A DNA stretch of 64,000 nucleotides from Spartobacteria bacterium (GCA_947482345.1 CANKJN010000002.1:2122-66121), one strand, 5' to 3'. Counted from the stretch's first letter, positions 52,641 to 64,000 are shown. Numbers and translations are program-made. Notes: generated by a model not told the origin, from the letters alone.

Positions 52641-53606
52641 ATGAAAACCCGACGCACCACAGGAAACCGGCGCAAGTCCGGACGTTCCTCGACGCGCCAG
52701 CATCTGCTTGAGCTGAATGTCCGCACGGCCAGCATCAAACGTCAGCGCCGCGCCAAACTCGGGGGGCTTCTCTGGAAGGTCTCCGCCCTGGTGATCTTCC
52801 TGGCGATTGCGGCCATCGGCGTGAGGATGGCCTGCGAAAAATTCTTCTTCAAGAACGCTGAGTACTCACTCCGCCATCTCGTGACGCATCTCAGTGACGT
52901 GATGACCGAGGAGGAGTTGGTGGCCCTTACCGGGCTGAAGCCCGGAAGCAATCTCTTCCTGCTGGATCTCGACGAGGCGAATAAAAAGCTCTCCGCGCTT
53001 CCGGAGGTGCGCTCGGTGAGCATCGAGCGACGGCTCCCCGACACGATCGAGGTCGGGATCAAGCGGAGGGTCCCCCTCTTTCTGGTTTCCGTTCCGGGCG
53101 AGGCCGACCAGGCGAATGGTTCCGCCCCGGAGACCTTTGTTCCCGGAAAGAGTTTCCTCTGCGACAGCGAGGGGGTGCTCATGCAGCCGAAGCGGCTTTC
53201 CGAAGAGTTTCTTCACCTGCCCGTGCTGACCGGCATCGGCCTCCCCGACCCGACTTCCGGAAAGAGGATCGGGGAGGAGCGGTTCAAGGACGCCGTGGCG
53301 CTGACCGAGGCGTTGTCGGAAATTCCCGGGGAGAGCTTCCGGATCAGCTCGGTCGATGCCGGCAAGCCTTATGCGTTCGTGGTGACAGATGCCTCCAATG
53401 CCCGGTTCACCTTCGGCACCAGGGACCTTCCCGGCCAGATGGAACGCCTTCGCAAGCTGCTCGCCCATTGTCAGGAGACCGGGAGGAAGGTGGAGACGGC
53501 TAACCTCATGATCCAGCGGAACACACCCGTCACCTTTGTCCTGACTCCGGAGTCGCGTTCTCCCAAGATCACCCCCGTTTCCTCCAAAAAAAGCGCCCAG
53601 CGCTGA
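52641..53606 (+). CDS. ftsQ: Cell division protein FtsQ
   Basis: Arg/Lys-rich cytoplasmic tail, a TM helix (VSALVIFLAIAAIGV), and POTRA-like (LFLLDLDEANKKLSALPEVRSVSIERRLPDTIEV) and FtsQ beta domains. Confidence 0.7.
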   Translation: MKTRRTTGNRRKSGRSSTRQHLLELNVRTASIKRQRRAKLGGLLWKVSALVIFLAIAAIGVRMACEKFFFKNAEYSLRHLVTHLSDVMTEEELVALTGLKPGSNLFLLDLDEANKKLSALPEVRSVSIERRLPDTIEVGIKRRVPLFLVSVPGEADQANGSAPETFVPGKSFLCDSEGVLMQPKRLSEEFLHLPVLTGIGLPDPTSGKRIGEERFKDAVALTEALSEIPGESFRISSVDAGKPYAFVVTDASNARFTFGTRDLPGQMERLRKLLAHCQETGRKVETANLMIQRNTPVTFVLTPESRSPKITPVSSKKSAQR

Positions 53607-53620
53607 CATCCCTCCAAGCC

Positions 53621-54847
53621 ATGCCCAGCGAACAGATCTTTGTCGGACTCGAGATCGGCACGACCAAGATCTGTGTCATCGTCGCCGAGAGCAGGGCCGA
53701 TGACCAGATCAGCATCCTCGGCGTGGGGGAGACCCCATCGCGAGGGATTCGCAAGGGGGAGATCGTCGACATGGCGACGGTCACCGAATGCGTCCGCGAG
53801 GCGATCGTCGATGCCGAGGAAAAGACCAACGTCGAGATCGGCAACGTCTGGGTGGCGATCACCGGGGCCCATCTCCGGAGTTTCAACAACAGGGGGACCC
53901 ACACTCTGCCTGCTCCGCGCCAGATTGAGCAGGCGGATCTCAACATGGTGCAGACCAACGCCAAGGAGATCGCGCTCCCACCACCGAACATATTCCTGCA
54001 CACGATCCTCCAGGCATACCATCTGGACGGCAACCGGAACGTCATCGACCCCCTCGAGTCCGAGGGAATGCAGCTTGAGGCGGACTTTCACATCGTCCAT
54101 GGGATCAAGACGCGGATCACCAATCACCTCCGCTGCGTCGAGGCGCTGAACCTTGAGATCGAGGATGTCGTCCTAAGTTCGCTTGCGAGCGCGCAGGTCG
54201 TGGTGACCCAGCATCAGAAGGACATCGGGGTTCTGGTCGTCGACATCGGCGGCGGCACGACCGATTACCTGATCTACCATGACGGCGCGGTCCGTCACAG
54301 CGGGGTGCTTGCCCTGGGCGGGGATCACATCACCAACGACATTTCCGTCGGCCTCAAGTTGCCGATCGCGCGGGCCGAGATGCTCAAGATCCAGGAGGGG
54401 AGCGCCACCCCCCCGGAGAACTCCGAGGGAGGCGTCATCACCTTGAAAAACGACCCGGGGTTCCTCGGATGCGACATCGACCGCAGGTCGCTCGACACCA
54501 TCATCCATTGCCGCGTCCGGGAGATCTTTGAGCTTCTCCGTAGGGACATCGAGAACGCCGGCAGTGACCTGCTGGGGCTTCTCGGAGCCGGGGTCATGAT
54601 CACCGGGGGATGCGCCAAACTCCGGGGCATCGCCGGACTCGCCTCCGAGTTGCTCGACCAGACCGTCCAGGTGAGCACGGCGCGGAATGTCGGGGGGGCC
54701 CTTCAGACCTTTGAGAATCCGCAGTATTCCACGGCGATCGGTCTCACCAAGTATGCCCGCCTGATCACTAAGGACACGAGGCCCGAGGGGATGCTCGAGC
54801 GGATCGCGCAGGGCTTTGGAGGAATCTTCAAAAGGAGGTCCCGATGA
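53621..54847 (+). CDS. ftsA: Cell division protein FtsA
   Basis: Actin-fold motifs are present (GLEIGTTKICVIVAE, VVDIGGGTTD, ITGGCAKLRGI). Confidence 0.9.
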   Translation: MPSEQIFVGLEIGTTKICVIVAESRADDQISILGVGETPSRGIRKGEIVDMATVTECVREAIVDAEEKTNVEIGNVWVAITGAHLRSFNNRGTHTLPAPRQIEQADLNMVQTNAKEIALPPPNIFLHTILQAYHLDGNRNVIDPLESEGMQLEADFHIVHGIKTRITNHLRCVEALNLEIEDVVLSSLASAQVVVTQHQKDIGVLVVDIGGGTTDYLIYHDGAVRHSGVLALGGDHITNDISVGLKLPIARAEMLKIQEGSATPPENSEGGVITLKNDPGFLGCDIDRRSLDTIIHCRVREIFELLRRDIENAGSDLLGLLGAGVMITGGCAKLRGIAGLASELLDQTVQVSTARNVGGALQTFENPQYSTAIGLTKYARLITKDTRPEGMLERIAQGFGGIFKRRSR

Positions 54848-56127
54848 GCGCCCCGGTCCCCCGCCGCCTGATCATCGGCGTCGGCAATGCCGGCGTCACC
54901 GTGCTCGACCTGCTGGCCGTCGGGAACCCCTCCATGAAGGGGTTGATGGTCGTGAACAACGATTCCGAGTCGCTTGCGGCCTCCGTTGTCACCGATCGGA
55001 TCGCCGTTCCGGAAGGGGATCCCGGCGAAGGATTCGTCGCGATCGACGGAGAGTTCGGAGGCGCCGTCGCGGGAGCCGCCACTGTCGTCCTTTGCGGGGG
55101 TCTTGGCGGGGAGACGGGATCATTCCTGCTTCCCGCCCTGGCGATTCTTGCGAAATCAGCAGGCATCACCGTGGCCGCCTGTGTCGGGATGCCCTTTTCT
55201 TTTGAGGGAAGGGGAAAGAAGGAAGCGGCCACCGCGGCCTTGGAAAAGCTCTACACTGTCTGCGATGCCGTGGCCGTCATCGAGAACGACCGCCTCTCGG
55301 GGGGAACACCATCAACCGCGGCGGTGGGCGAGGCCTTCGAGCTTTCCGACAAGACAATCCTGGCATCCCTCCTGGCGATCCACCGGATGCTCTCGACCTC
55401 CGGTCCGGTCAAGATCACCCGATCCGACCTCAAGCATGTGCTGGGGGTTCCGGGGCCCATCACCCTCTTCGGAAGCGGTTCCGCGGAAGGATCCAACCGT
55501 CTCCACGAGGCGCTTGAAAGGTCTCTCAGGAGCCCCCTCTTGAATGCGCCCGGCAAGACGACCCCGGGTTCCGCTCTCGCCGGGGCGTCGCCGGTGCTTC
55601 TACTGCTGGAGGGGCCTCCGGATCTATCCTTTGCCGAAGTCCAGGCGGCCGTGGGTGAGATTGAACGGATCGGGGGGGAGCGTTGTCAGATAAAAACAGG
55701 CGTTCATGCCGATCGTCCTTCGGGATCCCCGATCACGATCTCGGTTGTCGCCTCCTCCGGTGGCGAACGCCCCTCGGACAAGCCGGTCGCCCCGCGTATC
55801 GCGGCGGCGGAGGTTCGGCCCGAGAGGCAGTCCGCCCCCCTCGATGAGGAGACCGCGCCAACGGCAACACCGCAAACACCCAAAAAAACGCCACAGGCTC
55901 CAAAAACAATTCCGACAATTCCGCAGGCCAAGCTGGACTCCGCTCCGCCAACCTCAACCACACCAAGGAAAACAACAGGCAAGCAAACTCAGGGAACTCT
56001 CGATCTCGACACCCAGCAGCGGGGACGATTCGACAAGAGCGAACCGACCATCGTGGCGGGAGAGGATCTCGATATCCCCACCTTCATGCGCAAGGGAATC
56101 AAGCTCACGCCTCCGCAAAGAAGTTGA
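54844..56127 (+). CDS. ftsZ: FtsZ homologue with degenerate GTP-binding loops
   Basis: It occupies the dcw-terminal position after ftsA. It retains NNDSESL (NTDxQAL), MPFSFEG (KPFxFEG), IENDRL (IPNDKL) and the C-terminal FtsA-binding peptide DLDIPTFMRKG. The tubulin signature reads GGLGGETGS instead of GGGTG(S/T)G, and the N-terminal glycine loop reads GVGNAG. Confidence 0.8.
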   Translation: MSAPVPRRLIIGVGNAGVTVLDLLAVGNPSMKGLMVVNNDSESLAASVVTDRIAVPEGDPGEGFVAIDGEFGGAVAGAATVVLCGGLGGETGSFLLPALAILAKSAGITVAACVGMPFSFEGRGKKEAATAALEKLYTVCDAVAVIENDRLSGGTPSTAAVGEAFELSDKTILASLLAIHRMLSTSGPVKITRSDLKHVLGVPGPITLFGSGSAEGSNRLHEALERSLRSPLLNAPGKTTPGSALAGASPVLLLLEGPPDLSFAEVQAAVGEIERIGGERCQIKTGVHADRPSGSPITISVVASSGGERPSDKPVAPRIAAAEVRPERQSAPLDEETAPTATPQTPKKTPQAPKTIPTIPQAKLDSAPPTSTTPRKTTGKQTQGTLDLDTQQRGRFDKSEPTIVAGEDLDIPTFMRKGIKLTPPQRS

Positions 56128-56167
56128 CCGGGGCGAGGGGTTGAGAACCTGACAAACCGACTTCCCC

Positions 56168-58738
<2,571 letters not shown>

Positions 58739-58748
58739 TCCGGCCCCG

Positions 58749-59093
58749 GTGTCCCTCCGAGTCGTCACTATCAAGGAGGGTCTTCCGACCCTGGAGGAGG
58801 CCAAGAGACGCCTCCTGCTCGAGGTTCGCAGATGCCACGGCGACGGCATTTCCGTACTGAAAGTCATCCACGGCTACGGATCCGGAGGCCGTGGCGGGGC
58901 TCTACGGATCGGACTCCGCAAAGTTTTCGCCGAGTATCAGCGCGACGGCGACATTCTGGGATCCGCCTCGGGAGAGGAGTTCTCCATCTTCCATGCTGCC
59001 TCACTCGAGATGATCACCGCCGCCCCTGAACTCCGCAAAGACCCCGACCTCGAACGCTCCAACCCCGGCGTGAGCTTTTTGTGGATTCAGTGA
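58749..59093 (+). CDS. Smr-domain protein (114 aa)
   Basis: LKVIHGYGSGGRGGALR is an Smr-like (H-G-x-G) core. The start is GTG. Confidence 0.65.
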   Translation: MSLRVVTIKEGLPTLEEAKRRLLLEVRRCHGDGISVLKVIHGYGSGGRGGALRIGLRKVFAEYQRDGDILGSASGEEFSIFHAASLEMITAAPELRKDPDLERSNPGVSFLWIQ

Positions 59094-59204
59094 GAAGGAG
59101 GGATGAGACCTAAAACTTGAAACCTGAAAGGGAGCAAGTGGAAGATTTGCCATCACTTGCTTGAATGACTGCTTCAGGTCTCAGGTCTCAAGTTTCATCA
59201 TTCC

Positions 59205-59230
59205 CTGATATCCGCTTGGGCGGATATCAG
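59205..59230. terminator. Perfect 11-bp hairpin overlapping the osmC stop codon, between convergent smr and osmC
   Basis: The sequence is CTGATATCCGC-ttgg-GCGGATATCAG. Neither side has a U-tract, so the terminator function is uncertain. Confidence 0.4.
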
Positions 59231-59637
59231 CCCACCCACCTGAATTCCACCGTGGTGTCGATCCGGGGATCGAGGCTCTGCTTCACGGGGCAGGCCTTGG
59301 CGGCCGCTTCCAGCAGGGCGCGCTGCGGGTGATCGGAGGGGAGGGGGATGGTCATCACCGATTTCAGGGCGGCAATCCGGCGGGGGGTGTCGGTGCTTAT
59401 TTCCTTGCCGATGGTGACGGTGGTGCCCTTCAGGTCGATCCCGTGGCGTTCCGCCGCGATACCCATGACCGTCATCATGCAGTTCGCGACGGCCGTGGCG
59501 ACAAGGTCGGTCGGGGAGAAGCTCTCCCCCTTGCCGTGGTTGTCGACCGGGGCATCGGTGATGAGAGTGACGCCGGAGGGGCCGTGGGTGGAGCTGCAGC
59601 GGAGACCGCCGTCGTAGGTGGAGGTGATGGTGACCAT
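59227..59637 (-). CDS. OsmC/Ohr-family peroxiredoxin-like protein
   Basis: 136 aa with SPTDLVATAVANCMM and AAKACPV, the two conserved Cys contexts of the OsmC family. Confidence 0.8.
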   Translation of the reverse strand: MVTITSTYDGGLRCSSTHGPSGVTLITDAPVDNHGKGESFSPTDLVATAVANCMMTVMGIAAERHGIDLKGTTVTIGKEISTDTPRRIAALKSVMTIPLPSDHPQRALLEAAAKACPVKQSLDPRIDTTVEFRWVG

Positions 59638-59959
59638 GGAGGGATCTTAAACGTATCACTTTAGAAGAGAAACGCTGATTTAACCCGAGCTCCGAAAAAG
59701 AGATGAAACAGCGAAAGGGATGAACAGGTCAGAGTGCCGAAGGCAGCCCGAGTGGAGAGAGTGGCGGGTCTCATGGGAATGAGCGAGTCAATTGGCGCAA
59801 GGTGCTGGCCGATAGGAGGTGCGTAAATATGAGGGGCGTAGCGATTGAGGCGGGCGGGGATCGACCCCCATGCCCATGGAAAATGCTGGTGAGCTTGCAT
59901 TCGGTTTCTTTCCTCCAAAAGAGACTTCCTTGGAAAAGCGGTCTCGCTAAACTCCCAGG

Positions 59960-61258
59960 ATGATCGAACGTTACAGCCGCCCCGAGATGCGCTCCATTTG
60001 GACGGAGCAGAGGAAATTGGAAATCTGGCTCGAGATCGAGACCCTGGCCTGCGAGGGAATGGCCGAACTCGGGATCGTCCCCAAGGAGGATGCCAGGACC
60101 ATCCGCGAGAAAGGAACCTTCCGGATCGAGGAGGTCCGCGAGATTGAGAAGCGCACCAACCACGACGTGATTGCCTTCCTTGAGGAGGTCGCCAACCACG
60201 TCGGCGAGCCCGCCCGATGGATTCACCGGGGACTGACCTCCTCTGACTTGCTCGACACGACCCTCGCGGTCCAGATGGTGCAGTCGGCGGACATCCTGCT
60301 CAAGGATCTGGAGGAACTCCGTGTGGCTATCGCCGAGCGTGCCAAAGAGCACAAATTCACCCCGATGATCGGCCGCAGCCACGGCATCCACGCCGAACCG
60401 GTCACCTTCGGCCTGAAACTCGGTGTCATGTACGATGAGTTCGGCCGCGCCATCGAACGTCTCAAGGAGACCCGCAACCGCGTCGCCTACGGGATGCTCA
60501 GTGGCGCCGTCGGCACGAACGCTCACCTTGATCCCAAGGTCGAGGCCTATGTCTGCGAGCGTCTGGGACTTAAGCCCGCCAACATCTCCACCCAGATCAT
60601 CCAGCGCGACCGCCATGCCGAGTTCATGACCACGCTGGCCCTGATCGGTTGCTCCATCGACTGCTGGGCGACCGAGTTCCGCCACCTCCAGCGCACGGAA
60701 GTCCTTGAAGTCGAGGAGGCCTTTGCCAAAGGGCAGAAGGGAAGCTCCGCCATGCCTCACAAGCGCAACCCGATCACCGGCGAGCGCCTCTGCGGTCTGG
60801 CCCGAGTCCTTCGCGGCAATGCCCAGACCGCCATGGAGAACGTGGCTCTCTGGCACGAGCGCGACATCAGCCACTCGAGCGCCGAACGCATCATCCTGCC
60901 GGATTCCTGCACCCTGCTTGACTACATGCTGGTCCTGCTGACCCGGCTTGTCCGCGATCTCACGGTCTATCCCGAGCACATGAAGCGGAACATGGAACTC
61001 ACGCTCGGCCTCTACGGAAGTCAGGCTGTCCTGCTGGAACTCACCGACCGCGGCATGGCCCGCAAGAACGCCTACGAGGCCGTTCAGCGGGCCGCGATGC
61101 GGACATGGGCCGAGAAGATCCCCCTGCTTCGCACGCTCAGTGAGGAGGCCGAGGTCATGCAGCACATCGATGCCGCCGAGTTGGAGAAAATCTGCTCGCC
61201 CGAGAGGCATTTCGCGCATGTGGAGACACGACTCCGTAAGGTCGGCATCGACTGCTAA
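59960..61258 (+). CDS. purB: Adenylosuccinate lyase
   Basis: It contains MIERYSRPEM, TSSDLLDT, the SSAMPHKRNP signature and HERDISHS. Confidence 0.95.
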   Translation: MIERYSRPEMRSIWTEQRKLEIWLEIETLACEGMAELGIVPKEDARTIREKGTFRIEEVREIEKRTNHDVIAFLEEVANHVGEPARWIHRGLTSSDLLDTTLAVQMVQSADILLKDLEELRVAIAERAKEHKFTPMIGRSHGIHAEPVTFGLKLGVMYDEFGRAIERLKETRNRVAYGMLSGAVGTNAHLDPKVEAYVCERLGLKPANISTQIIQRDRHAEFMTTLALIGCSIDCWATEFRHLQRTEVLEVEEAFAKGQKGSSAMPHKRNPITGERLCGLARVLRGNAQTAMENVALWHERDISHSSAERIILPDSCTLLDYMLVLLTRLVRDLTVYPEHMKRNMELTLGLYGSQAVLLELTDRGMARKNAYEAVQRAAMRTWAEKIPLLRTLSEEAEVMQHIDAAELEKICSPERHFAHVETRLRKVGIDC

Positions 61259-61427
61259 GGAAACGCTGATTTCATCAGTGCTTCCTTGAGTTCCAAAGTA
61301 CAGGGCCGGCCGGATGCAACGAGCGTCCGGGACATATCCCCCAAGCTCCGCCATGCAACGATTTCTTCATCTGAAGAGTTGGGGCTTGCCCGTTGATTCA
61401 CGAAACTGACAGAGATAGGAAATCGCC

Positions 61428-64000
61428 ATGACCAAGAATCTCTTTGGAAAGATCACTCCGGCCTCGCTCTCCAAGGCGAAGCAGGCCGCCGCCGCCGCCG
61501 TCACCGATCATGAGCGGCGTCTGCTGGATGTTTGCTGCAAGAGCCATTCCGAGGCCCTCGAGTTTCTGCAAACCAGGGACCAGGGATTGACGGAGACCGA
61601 GGTCGACGAACTCCGCTCGGAATGGGGGCACAACGATCTCGGGCAGAAGAAGAAACTCGGCTTCCTTGCCGAGATCCTGCACCGCTGCAAGAACCCGCTG
61701 GTCATCCAGTTGTTGGTGATCGCCGCCATCTCGCTGGCGACGGGCAACGCCGCCTCGGCCACCATTGTCGGCCTCATGGTGATCATCTCCGTGGGACTTT
61801 CCTACTATCAGGAGAATAAGTCGGGTAAGGCGGTCGAAAAGCTCAATGCCATGGTCCAGACCAACTGCCATGTCATCCGCAAGGGCCAGGAGATCGAGAT
61901 TCCGATGTCGGAGATCGTTCCCGGTGACATCGTCTCCCTCCAGGCCGGTTCCATCATTCCCGCGGACCTGCGCCTGCTCTCGGCCAAGGATTTCTTCGTC
62001 AGCCAGTCCTCCCTGACCGGTGAGTCGATGCCCATTGAGAAGCATGCCGATGCCCCCGCGGTTCCTTCCAAGGCGGTGATCGAGATGCCCAACGCGGTGT
62101 TCCAGGGCAGCAACGTGGTCAGCGGTTCCGCCCGGGCCCTCGTGGTCAACACCGGTATCCGGACGCACTTCGGATCGATCTCCGAGAAGCTCGGAAGCGC
62201 CCCCGTGCTCACCAGTTTCGACCGCGGTATCGCGGGCTTCACCTGGATGATGATGCGCTTCATGTTCGTCATGGTGAGCGTGGTCTTCCTGATCGTCGGG
62301 ATCACGAAGCACGACTGGACGGGAGCCCTCCTCTTCGGTCTCGCGGTCTCGCTCGGCATGACCCCCGAGATGCTTCCCATGATGGTGGCCGTGAACCTGG
62401 CCAAGGGAGCGCTCGCCATGTCGCGGAAGAAGGTGATCGTCAAGAAGCTCAACGCGATCCAGAACTTCGGCGCGATCGACATCCTCTGCACCGACAAGAC
62501 GGGGACACTCACCCAGGACCGCGTCATCCTGGAGAAGTATGTCGATGTGACCGGGCGGCAGAGCGAGGACGTCCTGCGCTACGCCTACATGAACAGCTAC
62601 TACCAGACGGGCCTGCGCAACCTGCTCGATCGCTCCGTGCTGACCCACTCCGATCTGGATGTCGACCGCGGCTGCCGGAAGGTCGACGAGATCCCCTTCG
62701 ACTTCCAGCGCAAGCGGATGAGCGTGGTGGTGGACTACGAGGGGGATCACGTCCTTATCAGCAAGGGGGCCGTGGAGGACATCTACAAGGCCTGCACCCA
62801 CTACCAGGTCGATGACGAGGTCTACATGATGATCGACCTCATCAAGAACGACCTTCTCGAGGAATTCGAGGCGCTCAGCCGGGACGGTTACCGCGTGCTC
62901 GGCATCGCCTACAGGGAGTTCGGCCGCGACAAGACCACCTTTTCCATCGCGGATGAAAGCGACATGATCCTGCTCGGCTACATCGCCTTCCTCGATCCCC
63001 CGAAGGAAACCGCCGCCAAGGCGATCGCCTCGCTCGCGCACTACGGGGTGGCCACGAAGATCCTGACCGGGGACAACTCCCTGGTCACCCGCAAGATCTG
63101 CAAGGATGTCCATCTGGATGCGGGGGAAATCATCACCGGGGACCAGATCGTCGATCTCGACGAGGAGCAGCTCGGCGAACTGGCGGAGAAGACCAGTGTC
63201 TTTGCCCGGCTCTCCCCCGCCCAGAAGGAGCGGATCATCGTCGCCCTGCAGAAGCGAGGTCACGTGATCGGCTACATGGGGGACGGGATCAACGACGCAC
63301 TCTCGATGTGTGTGGCCGACGTCGGCATCTCGGTCGACACGGCCGTCGACGTCGCCAAGGAATCGGCCGACATCATCCTCCTTGAGAACAGCCTCATGGT
63401 CCTGGAGGACGGGATCCTTGAGGGGCGCAAGGTCTTCGCCAACATCATCAAGTACATCCGGATGAGCGCGAGTTCCAACTTCGGCAACATGTTCAGCATG
63501 ACCGGAAGCAGTTACTTCCTTCCCTTCCTGCCGATGGCCCCCGTTCAGGTCCTGGTGAACAACCTCCTCTACGACTTTTCCCAGACGGGGATCCCCTCCG
63601 ACCATGTCGATGAGGAGTATCTGCAGAAGCCGCGATCATGGAATCTCCAGAACATCCGCCGGTTCATGATGTTCGTGGGGCCCACCAGCTCGATCTTCGA
63701 CTACACCACTTTCGCCCTCATGCTCTGGTTTTTCGGATGCTGGGATCTGGGGCTTTCCGCCCCTTCCGAGCTTCTCCACCGCTTCGCCGGCGGCTCGGGG
63801 GTGTCTCCGGACGATACCTATGCGGCAGCCCTCTTCCATTCCGGCTGGTTCATCGAATCGATCATCACCCAGACCCTCATCGTCCATGTGATCCGGACCC
63901 GGAAGATCCCCTTCATCCAGAGCTGTGCGAGTCCCTGGCTGATCGTGACCACCCTCGCGATCATCCTCATAGGGTCGGCTCTTCCCTATATCCCGCCTGT
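61428..64000 (+). CDS. mgtA: Magnesium-translocating P-type ATPase MgtA (3' end beyond the window)
   Basis: The ORF is open to the window end, so it is absent from the ORF track. It has LTGESMPIEK, the phosphorylation motif CTDKTGTLTQDRV, KILTGDN and MGDGINDALSM. An AGGA Shine-Dalgarno sequence lies 7 nt upstream of ATG 61428. Confidence 0.9.
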   Translation, partial: MTKNLFGKITPASLSKAKQAAAAAVTDHERRLLDVCCKSHSEALEFLQTRDQGLTETEVDELRSEWGHNDLGQKKKLGFLAEILHRCKNPLVIQLLVIAAISLATGNAASATIVGLMVIISVGLSYYQENKSGKAVEKLNAMVQTNCHVIRKGQEIEIPMSEIVPGDIVSLQAGSIIPADLRLLSAKDFFVSQSSLTGESMPIEKHADAPAVPSKAVIEMPNAVFQGSNVVSGSARALVVNTGIRTHFGSISEKLGSAPVLTSFDRGIAGFTWMMMRFMFVMVSVVFLIVGITKHDWTGALLFGLAVSLGMTPEMLPMMVAVNLAKGALAMSRKKVIVKKLNAIQNFGAIDILCTDKTGTLTQDRVILEKYVDVTGRQSEDVLRYAYMNSYYQTGLRNLLDRSVLTHSDLDVDRGCRKVDEIPFDFQRKRMSVVVDYEGDHVLISKGAVEDIYKACTHYQVDDEVYMMIDLIKNDLLEEFEALSRDGYRVLGIAYREFGRDKTTFSIADESDMILLGYIAFLDPPKETAAKAIASLAHYGVATKILTGDNSLVTRKICKDVHLDAGEIITGDQIVDLDEEQLGELAEKTSVFARLSPAQKERIIVALQKRGHVIGYMGDGINDALSMCVADVGISVDTAVDVAKESADIILLENSLMVLEDGILEGRKVFANIIKYIRMSASSNFGNMFSMTGSSYFLPFLPMAPVQVLVNNLLYDFSQTGIPSDHVDEEYLQKPRSWNLQNIRRFMMFVGPTSSIFDYTTFALMLWFFGCWDLGLSAPSELLHRFAGGSGVSPDDTYAAALFHSGWFIESIITQTLIVHVIRTRKIPFIQSCASPWLIVTTLAIILIGSALPYIPP

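Noticed and set aside
59668-59680. A 13-nt word, GAAACGCTGATTT, found on both sides of purB (about 59668 and about 61262), as possible flanking repeats
   Set aside because: Dozens of 13-nt exact matches are expected by chance in 64 kb when both strands are counted. There are no extended flanking similarity or target-site features.
59638-59959. Possible purine/ZTP-type riboswitch in the 320-nt osmC-purB divergent region
   Set aside because: I recognised no conserved riboswitch core such as the ZTP CCGCCTGGGC-like 3' element, only small local hairpins (GGGGATCGACCCC). It is more likely divergent promoters.
59771-61354. 527-aa minus-strand ORF
   Set aside because: It is a shadow ORF opposite purB (adenylosuccinate lyase signature SSAMPHKRNP on the + strand).
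61259-61427. M-box (ykoK) Mg2+ riboswitch upstream of mgtA
   Set aside because: I could not find the conserved M-box sequence blocks by eye, and the spacer is barely long enough. A covariance-model scan would be needed to exclude it formally.
61398-63605. 735-aa minus-strand ORF
   Set aside because: It runs antisense to the unmistakable mgtA P-type ATPase (DKTGT, TGES and GDGxND motifs on the + strand). Its translation is Gly/Asp/His/Arg-rich with no motifs, so it is a high-GC shadow ORF.

Overview
This is a high-GC bacterial chromosome segment. The taxon is tentative: the protein sequences, a MurC-MurB fusion and the dcw layout look Verrucomicrobia-like, but I could run no database search. 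All coordinates and motifs were read by hand from the sequence and ORF track.

The window has two parts.

(1) nt 1-14487 is the right-hand end of an integrative conjugative element (ICE) inserted at the 3' end of tRNA-Cys(GCA). It carries:
- a tightly translationally coupled, divergent Trb/VirB-like type IV secretion operon: VirB4/TrbE ATPase, lipoprotein, TrbJ-, TrbL-, TrbF-, TrbG- and TrbI-like genes, then three unassignable genes;
- an AT-richer cargo block with an AbiEi-like/AbiEii pair plus a convergent orphan AbiEi, an Xis-like HTH gene and an HTH-antitoxin/PIN-toxin pair;
- a tyrosine integrase next to the tRNA.
The left end of the element, the relaxase and the coupling protein lie outside the window.

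(2) nt 14488-64000 is core genome:
- recG and recJ;
- a tolC-like gene divergent from a ytcA-mdtN-mdtO-like efflux operon;
- rpiB, a split pqiA plus pqiB, cyclophilin and aguB;
- hisB-hisH-hisA, a cytochrome b562-like gene, leuS and rdgB;
- a complete dcw cluster: mraZ, rsmH, ftsL, ftsI, murE, murF, mraY, murD, a LysM gene, ftsW, murG, fused murC-murB, ddl, ftsQ, ftsA, ftsZ;
- clpB, smr, osmC, purB and the 5' part of mgtA.

Most noteworthy observations:
- the divergent T4SS/ICE itself;
- two 47-49 nt near-perfect palindromes and a mini-ORF that appear to gate the abiEi-like gene;
- a 25-nt motif placed exactly 31 nt upstream of two ICE genes;
- a phased GTGG-box array upstream of mraZ;
- an FtsZ with degenerate nucleotide-binding loops;
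- a LysM gene embedded in the dcw cluster;
- several families of word-like intergenic inverted repeats.

I found no CRISPR array, rRNA or IS element.
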